A stretch of 62,710 nt of DNA, counting the filler, from Dugesia japonica (taxonomy: Eukaryota): NCBI GenBank assembly GCA_001938525.1. It is 5 parts of 5 records of this genome, joined end to end, with 100 filler letters (N's around TTAATTAATTAA, not from the genome) between each part and the next. Parts side by side here need not be neighbours in the genome. Positions count along the whole stretch, not along the records: positions 51,084 to 62,710 come from MQRL01638843.1; 4 more parts are not named here. One strand, given 5' to 3'. The notes under the pieces were generated by a model. It did no database searches. It saw only the letters and a list, made by a program, of their open reading frames with translations, and was not told where the DNA came from. A program made the position numbers and the translations under genes. Below are positions 54,757 to 62,710 of the stretch, in pieces (position 1 is the stretch's first letter; each line of letters starts with the position of its first letter).

Positions 54757-55130
54757 GTGAATAAATCGAAAGATACAAAGCTGTCGAGAGGAGAGGAAAA
54801 CGGACCACAAAGATGGAAAGAGGAGCGTCGAGAGTTAAAAAATGAAATCTTGAGGTTGAAGGGGCAGGTCTTGAAATNNNNNNNNNNNNNNNNNNNNNNN
54901 NNNNNNNNNNNNNNNNNNNNNNNNNNNAATCGACAGCCAAATATAATCAAATCAAGGAGAAGGAACTGTCCCTTCAGCACGCGAATCGATTGATGGCCGA
55001 CATCATCAAGACGTACGCGGATCGAAAAGGCTCCATGTTCGTTTCGCTGCGGACATTATGGCTCAATTATCGATCCCCAGAGGAAACAAGTACAGTTACG
55101 GAATCGACGATCGATTTGGATGCCAAATAA
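54757..55130 (+). CDS. Cassette ORF C, 'MADIIK' family (frame broken only across the N gap)
   Basis: QRWKEERRELKNEILRLK..KYNQIKEKELSLQHANRLMADIIKTYADRK..LRTLWLNYRSP. Confidence 0.7.
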
Positions 55131-57537
55131 ACGGAGTATACTGTAAAAATAAATGTTATTCAGTGTTGGTTGGAGTGATTCTGTATTATAGTACTACTTA
55201 TTTATTTGCATCCACTAGATTTATTTTTACTGAGCATGTTAGATTAGTACAGACCGGGTTCACAGGTTTTATAAGTAAGACGCGGTACCGCAAAGTCGCG
55301 CTGAACCTGTGGAAATAAAGGGGTATGTCACAGAGGTGACATAAATACTTGTGGTTTTTAGGTATGCCCCTAGACAGGTAATTGTAATAGAAATTATTGG
55401 AAACGAGATCGGTAAATTTGAAGCTAACATTTTAAAATACCAAATCCTAAAAACCCAACACCAGTAACAGTAAAATTTAGAATATATTTTTTCACTCGTT
55501 GAATTCTTCTATTCCTTATAACAGTAAAAACATAAGGTATTGATTTTTAACCTAAAAGTAGTAATTAAGCAAACTCGATTAAAAATGTTTAACCGTTAAT
55601 GTGAAAAGATTTTAATTAATGAGGACCTCAATAATTGATAAAATGAAATCTAATAAACGAGTTATAAGCTAAAGTCTAATAAACTAATGACTTATAAGTA
55701 ATAAGCATGATTTATAATAAATTTGGACCCAAAACAAAGGAGTGTGAGTCTGTACTCAGATTTCGAGTCAACGGCTCCATTCCGAAGATCTGGATCTTTG
55801 GGGACACCAGATTAAATTCTTGACGGGGTTTTATTAGGCCAATCACCCTAGACATAATTATTAAAAAATCGGCCCACATAGATAAAACCCCAACACATCT
55901 TTGAAAAAAGAAATGAAAGCTATTTGATATATAAATTTTTTAAAATTCGATATTTTGAATATCTTCAATTTTTTGATTTAAGTCTTTTATTCCATCAGCT
56001 TTATAGTTTTCAATAAAACAAGAATCTGTATGTTTATTAAATTGTTTTTTACTAATTTTAAATTTTTCATTAAAATAATTACATTTCCATTGGTAAGTTA
56101 AAGTTTTACAATTTCCAGTACCAATAAATTTTTCTTGACAAACATATATATTCTCTCATTTTAATCAATAAATATTTAATGTGAGTAAATGAGAATATAA
56201 AATGAGGAAATGAGGACTTTGTTCGCATCTTGAAAAAAATTGAATCAAATTAAAACATCTTGAAATAAAAATTATTTAAATATAAAAATGTCTCAGATTT
56301 CAAAATCGAAAGAAGTTAGTCTTGATATTTTAAATAAAATAAAAATGAATATACTAAATAAATTGAAAGATAAAAAATTAGAACATCCAATAAAATCAAA
56401 TAGTAAAATAGCTAAAGAAATAAATTATCCAATAAGAAAATTAAATGAAATATTAAGGAAAATGAATTGATTGAAGAAATTAAAGTTAGAAAAGCAACGC
56501 ACAGATATTCATATGATCCTATTTTAAAAAATAATTTAGAAATTCAATAGGTGAATATATATGATAAAAAATTAAAAATATTTAAAGAATCTGAAATAAA
56601 AAGAAAATTAAAACATAATGAAATATTAGAAGAAAGAAATAAAAAACATGAATTATATTTAATTGCATATGCTAAAAATCCAAATAAACATCCAAAATTA
56701 TGTGATTTAATAAAAAAGTATCCTGAAATTAATTTATCGCAGAGCTATGCTCGAGATTCTGATAATAATCCAAAAGCTGGTGGTATAAATATAAATCTCG
56801 AGCAAAGCTCTGCGAGTAATGAACTTGAACCTGAAATTTTTGATCCTCGAACAGAATTCTGTGAACAAAATTCTATTCAAGAAATTAAACAAAATGACAT
56901 TTATAAAATTACATCTAATATGGATAATATGGATAATATTGATCGAGAATTGATAATAAATTTTAAAAAGTCATACAAAATTTAAAATTCTCAAATTCTT
57001 TCAATAAAAAAATGGATGATTATCTTGATAATGTAAAAAAAGATCCAGAGTTTTTAAATGATTTNAAAAAGATTATCCAATAGTATGTAAATTAACACCT
57101 AAAGAACAAAGTGTAATGTTAAAAGAAATTTATTCAAATTATAAAGCAATTATAAAAACTGGTGAAATTTTAGTTGAAACTATATGTGAAATGAAAATGT
57201 TGAATTAACAGAAGAAAATATTCAATTAAAATATGTATTAAATGATAATAATTTATATAATGATGAAAATTTAAAATTTTATAGACAGAATAATAATAAA
57301 AAAAGAATATTCAAAAGATATCAAATCAATAGTAAATTATAGGTTAAATAAAACTTTGAATAAATTAAATAGTTTAAAATAATGCTTTAATAAATAAATT
57401 ATTATTTAAACAGAAAAAGTTATAAAATTATATGAAGGATGTGATTATTTAATTTTAGAGGTGGAATTTTTAAAATATTTTTTAAAAAACAATATTTTTA
57501 ATTTTTTTTTATTTTTGTAATGTTCTTATCATAGAAA

Positions 57538-58825
57538 ATGGAAGGATTAAAATTAGATATAGACAATAATTATGTTTTTAATCATGTAATATCTAAAAAG
57601 GATTTATTAAAAATATCACCAACAAGTAGTTCAATAGTTAAATTAAATCAACCTGGTGATATATTATTTCAATCATTACAATCAACAAATCCATTAGATA
57701 TTGGAAAATGCAATGTTATATTACAGAATAAAAATTGATACAACTACAGAAACTAAAATAAAATTGGAAAATAATTGGTTTCCAGCATTATTTAAAACAA
57801 TGAGATTTAAATTAGGATCAACAGTAGTTGAAGAAATGAATGATCCAGGAATTATATCAACAATGTTAAATTTAATTTTATATGATGAAGCAGTAAAACA
57901 TTATATAAAAGCATATGGTTGGATTCCAGATAATGAAGATGGTCTTGCAACAACAACAAATAAAGGATATCAATCCAGATTAAAATTATATACTGGTAAA
58001 AAATATGAAGGTTATTTTCCATTAAATAATTTATTTGGATTTATTCAACATTTTAATAGATTATTATATAATGTATTTATACAATTAGAACGTAATAGAC
58101 AAATAGATGATAAATTAATATTTTATGGCAAGTTTAAAATTATTAGCTTTAGAATTACATATTCCAGAATATACATTAAATCCAATAAAGGAAATGGAAT
58201 ATATAGAAGTAATAACAACTAATAAACCTATTCCAGTGTCATTTTTAAATCGAATTTCTGGAAATTAATCAATGGAAGCAGGAACTAATTATTCAATTAA
58301 AATGGCAAATTTAGCATATAAACCAAAATTTATTTTAATTGTATTTAAACCAGCAGAAATATCATTTGATAAAAATAATAATTTATTTATGCAACAAAAT
58401 AGTATAACTAAAAAAATGATAAAAAAGAAAAAGTTACAACAAAATATTGTATAAAAAGTATTCAAATTCAATTAAATAATACATATTATTCAATAAATAG
58501 AATGGAAATGAATATTAATAATAATGAAGAAATATTTCCATATCAAGCATATGTAGAAAAATATTAAAATTTTTTTTAATCAACCACAATCAACATGAAT
58601 TTAATGGAAAACTTTATATTCAATGTTTTGTATGAATGTATCAAAACAAGATTCAAAATTATCAATAAATAATGTAGATGTACATTACATATAACAAAAG
58701 AAACAAATTTTAAATTAAATATATATTGGTGTATATTAGAAAAAAAACATGTAGAATTAAAATTAGCAACTGATAAAATTGTATTTGTTGAAGATGTTAG
58801 AGGATAAGATGTTTCAAAAGGTTAA
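57538..58825 (+). pseudogene. Double jelly-roll major capsid protein (Polinton/adintovirus type), frameshifted
   Basis: LNQPGDILF, IKLENNWFPALF..LGSTVVEEMNDPGIISTMLNLI, FPLNNLFGF, KPKFILIVF; span about 430 codons. Confidence 0.75.
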
Positions 58826-59040
58826 TTTATAATTTATATAGAACATGGAGAATTGTTTGTAAGACTTCACAAAGAAAACATTTACTTGTATTTTTTGTAA
58901 TCAAATAAAATCTAAACATAATAAATCAATTGCAATTATTGCGAGAATAATTGTTGGACGCTACCATTGATCGTTTTTTAGAATTCATTTAAAATAAAAG
59001 CTTCGATCAAAAAAATTTTTGTTATATTTTTTTGGAGATT

Positions 59041-59075
59041 GAATCGATATTTCGACTTTGTCTTCGTCAGGAATT
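59041..59075 (-). ncRNA. Minimal hammerhead ribozyme motif
   Basis: AAUUC-CUGACGA-A-GAC-AAA-GUC-GAAA-UAUC-GAUU. Confidence 0.75.
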
Positions 59076-59088
59076 AAATTGAAAAGTC

Positions 59089-59123
59089 AATTCCTGACGA
59101 AGACAAAGTCGAAATATCGATTT
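59089..59123 (+). ncRNA. Minimal hammerhead ribozyme motif
   Basis: AAUUC-CUGACGA-A-GAC-AAA-GUC-GAAA-UAUC-GAUUU; intact core with a predicted AUC cleavage triplet. Confidence 0.75.
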
Positions 59124-59288
59124 AATCTCAAAAAAACAACATAAAAAAATTTTTTGATCGAAGCTTTTATTTTTTAATCAAGACATTTAAAATTATGAAT
59201 TACAAAGAAAGGGGCGATTTACAAAATAATAAATTAGTTTCATTATTATTAACACAATTTCCACAAGAAACATTTAAAGGAAAAAAGA

Positions 59289-60600
59289 CATATTCCTGGT
59301 CATAATTTTACTGGTCCAGGAACAAATTTTGAGAAAAGATTAGATGAAAATAATAATCCATTTCCAGGAAATGAACCAATAAATCAAGTTGATAAAGCTG
59401 CATATAAATATGATTTAGTATATAAAAAAGAAGATATTGGAGATAGACATATTGTTGATTTAAATATGATTCATGATTTAAATAATATGATTAATCCAAC
59501 ATTAAGAGAAAAATTAGAAGCTGAATTAGTTAAATTAATATTTAAAAGAAACATTCTTATTGGAAAAAGTATTTCAGGAGAAAATTTAGCGACAGAATTA
59601 CATAAAAATATAGAAAACCTAAAAAATATTTAAAATTTATAATTAATGAAATTGATGAAACATGGGGATGTGATATTGCTGATATGGTTAAAAAATCTAC
59701 GGATTCAAAATTTCGTTATATATTAGTTTGCATTGATTTATATTCTAGATATGAATTTTGTGTTCCAATGATTAATAAAATTCAAGAATCATTAAAAGAA
59801 CCATTTGAATTTATATTTGAAGAAAATAATAGAATTCCAAATAGTATATGGTTTGATAAAGAATCCTCAATAAAATCAAAATATTTTGATAAATTTATCA
59901 AAGAAAATAATATTAATTTATATCATACAGAGAATGAGGGAAAATCAGTTTTTGCAAAAAGATTTATTAAAACTTTAAAAAAAAAGTAGAAATATTTTAC
60001 ATCAATTGGAAACTAAAAATGGAATAATAATTTATTATAACAAATTGTCAATGAAAATAATAATACAATTCATAGTTCTATAAAAACAACACCAAAATAT
60101 GCTAGTGAAAATCCAGATAAAATAAAAGAAATTATTAATTAACATAATCATGAAAACTCCAACTTTAATTTTAAACAAAATTTAAAAATAGGAGATCGAG
60201 TTAGAATATTTATTTTTACAATTGCAATCATTGCGAGAATAATTGTTGGACATAACCATTGATCATTTTAGGGAATTCATTTAAACTAAAAGCATCGATC
60301 AAAATTTTTGTTTTTTTATTGATATTTGATAACAATTATAACAATTATAAACAATTCAATTGTTATTAAATATCAAAATAAACAAAACTTTTTATCGAAG
60401 CTTTTATTTTAAATGAATAGAATATTTAAATATAAATAAAAATTTGAAAAAGGATTTACAGATAAATGGACAAATGAAATAATTATAATAACAGAAGTAT
60501 ACAAGACAAAACCAATAACATATGGAATTACTGATTTAGATAATGAAAAGATTTTGGGTAGATTTTATGATAATGAACTTCAAAAAACTATATTTAAAAT
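59289..60600 (+). pseudogene. Parvovirus-VP1-like PLA2 domain in frame with a Polinton rve integrase
   Basis: HIPGHNFTGPGT..PINQVDKAAYKYDLVY reads on to LATELHK. Then WGCDIADM, YILVCIDLYSRY, IWFDKES, GDRVRI, FEKGFTDKWT, GRFYDNELQK, with frameshifts and stops. Confidence 0.9.
60213..60417. mobile_element. Second Penelope-like inverted-repeat insertion, no hammerhead core
   Basis: Same tail and arms as 58930-59175. An 11-bp TSD TAGAATATTTA (60202-60212 / 60418-60428) splits the integrase at GDRVRIF|KYK. Confidence 0.85.
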
Positions 60601-60925
60601 TTTTGTTTTTATAAATTTATAAAATATAATGTAAAAATAAATATAAGAATGGTTAAATATAGAAAGTATAAGATGAAATATATGAATCACTTGAGTTTTG
60701 TAATGAATTAAATTTAATTACTAATATTAGTCCTGGTTTTTGTATATTATAATATTTTATAATATAATATAATATTTCATTTGGCAAATAAAATATCCAA
60801 TGATTTAATTAATAAACAAAAAAGTTGGAATTAGAAAAATTAAAACAAGAAAATAAAAATCTAAAATTAGAAAATGAGAACCTAAAATTAGAAAATAATA
60901 AACTTTAATTTTTATTAAAAAGAAA

Positions 60926-61670
60926 ATGTCTAAAATCTCGCAAAGCACTGCTCGAGTAAAATCCCGCTGATTTGGAATAAAAATAAAAAATTATTTAATA
61001 ATAAAATATTTCCATCAAATTTTAGATTATTAATTATAGGATCATCAGGATGTGGGGAAAATGTATTATTATTAAAAATGTTAATTAACACCGGACTTTA
61101 TACATTATAATAATTTAATTATTTATTCAACAACTATAAATCAATTTGAATTACAATTAATGAGAGAAGGATTTGAAAATGGTTTATCAAAAGAAGATAT
61201 TATTTTAATTATTGAAAAACANNNNNNNNNNNNNNNNNNNNNNNNNNNNNNNNNNNNNNNNNNNNNNNNNNNNNNNNNNNNNNNNNNNNNNNNNNNAAAA
61301 AACCACAAAGTATATTTATAACATTAAGTAATAAACCTAATGATATAATTCCATGTGATCAATTATCGAATGCCTCTGCAAAAAAGAATTTAATTATTTT
61401 TGATGATGTTGTTAATGAAAAAAATCAAGAAATACAAAAATCATATTTTACAAATAATAATTGTAATGTAATTTATATAACACAAACATATTTTCATTTA
61501 GATAAAAATTCAATAAGAAATAATAGTAATTGTTTTATATTTTTTAATTAAATAAAACAGATAAAGATAATTTATATCATGATTTATTTAGTAATATTTT
61601 TTATAATAAAATGGAATATGATTATCAAGTAACATTGCATTGGAAAACAAAATATAATTATTTTTATTTN
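60926..61670 (+). pseudogene. A32/FtsK-like genome-packaging ATPase
   Basis: FRLLIIGSSGCG(K) Walker A, NLIIFDD Walker B, VIYITQTYF, SIRNNSN. Confidence 0.88.
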
Positions 61671-61735
61671 NNNNNNNNNNNNNNNNNNNNNNNNAAAGAT
61701 TTCTTTGAGTAATAAGCGAAAATTATTTGAGAATT

Positions 61736-61870
61736 GATAAAATCATGACTTATAATTTTATAAGAATTTTGTTTTTGAAAAAAATGATAAAATCATGATT
61801 TATGATTTTTATAAGAATTTTATCTCTGAAAAAAATGAGAAAATAATGATTCCTGATTTTATAAGAAACG
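61736..61870. repeat. ~50-bp tandem repeat x3 in the Polinton intergenic region
   Basis: GATAAAATCATGA(C/T)TTAT(A/G)ATTTTTATAAGAA units at ~61736, 61786 and 61837. Confidence 0.75.
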
Positions 61871-62710
61871 ACTAAAAAATTTATTAATAAAATGACTTCT
61901 ACTGATTCTATTAAAGATTTATTTTTAAATTTTTCAAAAAGTAAAAAAAATAATATTTTAGTATATGATTATTTAAAAACAAATTTATCGAATACTGATT
62001 TTAATAAATTTCAAATATTTTATCTAATAATACAATTCCGGGAGCAATTAAAAAAATAATTCTAACAAAAAATTTAGAAGAAAAATCTGTCGCAATTGCT
62101 CCAGAAGTTAAAACTGAATAAGTAAAAGAACTTCAGATTTTGTAGAATTTAGATTTAGAAAATTCGGAAAAATTTGAAGACAGATGAAATTGAATATAAT
62201 ATAAATAAAGAAATTCTTTCTGTTCAAGATTCCGTCTCTAATAATAAGAATCACGAAACAATCTCTAATAATAAGAATCTAGAAGCTGTCACAACTCCAG
62301 GTGATAATTAAATTAAATAATTAAATTAATTGATGCAGAAAAAGAAAAAGCTAAAATATCATCATTTGAACAAAAGGTTTTGTCTTCAATTGGAAAAAAC
62401 GAAATGAAACAAAGAAATATATTTATACCATTAAATGATATTCATACTGAATCATCATTAGAAAAATGTGATTATTATTATTATGAGATTACATGAATGT
62501 AATAATCAATTAAATATAATATTAAGAAGTGCATTATGTTATTTTCATCAATTAGGATGTATATTAGAAGTAATGAAAAGAAAATTTTTAATAAAAGAAC
62601 AATTTTATGAACATTTAAATGAAATTAATATTAATTTTTCACCGGGTTAAATAAATAAATTAATATTATTTTATGGAATAACATTTTATAATCCTTTTAT
62701 ACTAAATTGT

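Larger units (their letters stand above)
52255..55460 (+). mobile_element. 3.2-kb solo-LTR-like element carrying small ORFs
   Basis: CCAG|TGTTGGG ... CCCAACA|CCAG (4-bp TSD). The empty site is visible at ~45710-45725. CCAAT/ATTGG boxes at ~52850-52895 and AATAAA at ~55313. Confidence 0.9.
51146..55895 (+). mobile_element. Solo LTR (~1.54 kb) with a nested 3.2-kb insertion
   Basis: CATC|TGTTGGGG ... CCCCAACA|CATC (4-bp TSD). Four CCAAT boxes at ~51800-51900 and TATAAATA at 51932. Confidence 0.9.
58930..59175. mobile_element. Penelope-like inverted terminal-repeat insertion with two hammerhead motifs
   Basis: About 90-bp imperfect inverted arms plus a unique left tail; possible AATCAA duplication (58924-58929 / 59176-59181). 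Confidence 0.8.
55900..62710 (+). mobile_element. Decayed Polinton/adintovirus-like endogenous virus, structural and integration module; runs off the window end
   Basis: Co-oriented capsid, PLA2, rve integrase and A32/FtsK ATPase genes in extremely AT-rich, intron-less DNA. Confidence 0.88.

Noticed and set aside
1-62710. One giant Polinton spanning the window
   Set aside because: The two parts are on different contigs, and the left part terminates at 3391.

Overview
This is AT-rich eukaryotic, probably animal, DNA. It is not one locus: four identical 100-bp N44-TTAATTAATTAA-N44 spacers join five contigs (about 1-17294, 17395-27465, 27566-40066, 40167-50983, 51084-62710). Host genes are few and have tiny introns (35-60 bp) next to large TE-filled ones: a 5' half of PCMT/PIMT, a multi-C2H2 zinc-finger gene, an hnRNP Q/R-family RRM gene and an N/S-rich exon. 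The rest is mostly decayed mobile DNA: mariner/Tc1, Tigger, Merlin, MULE, MITEs, Gypsy and RLE-type non-LTR remnants. There are two Polinton/adintovirus-like segments. One has a pPolB and an AGTAGT terminus. The other has a capsid gene, a PLA2 domain in frame with the integrase, and a packaging ATPase. The most unusual signal is a family of very long solo-LTR-like units (TGTTGGG...CCCAACA, 4-bp TSD, CCAAT/TATA promoter). They carry a syntenic cassette of small orphan coiled-coil ORFs and conserved RNA-structure candidates, and one is nested LTR-in-LTR inside putative Polinton DNA. The second is a Penelope-type short repeat carrying minimal hammerhead ribozymes, which has inserted twice into the Polinton PLA2/integrase region. 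All calls come from manual reading; no searches were run.
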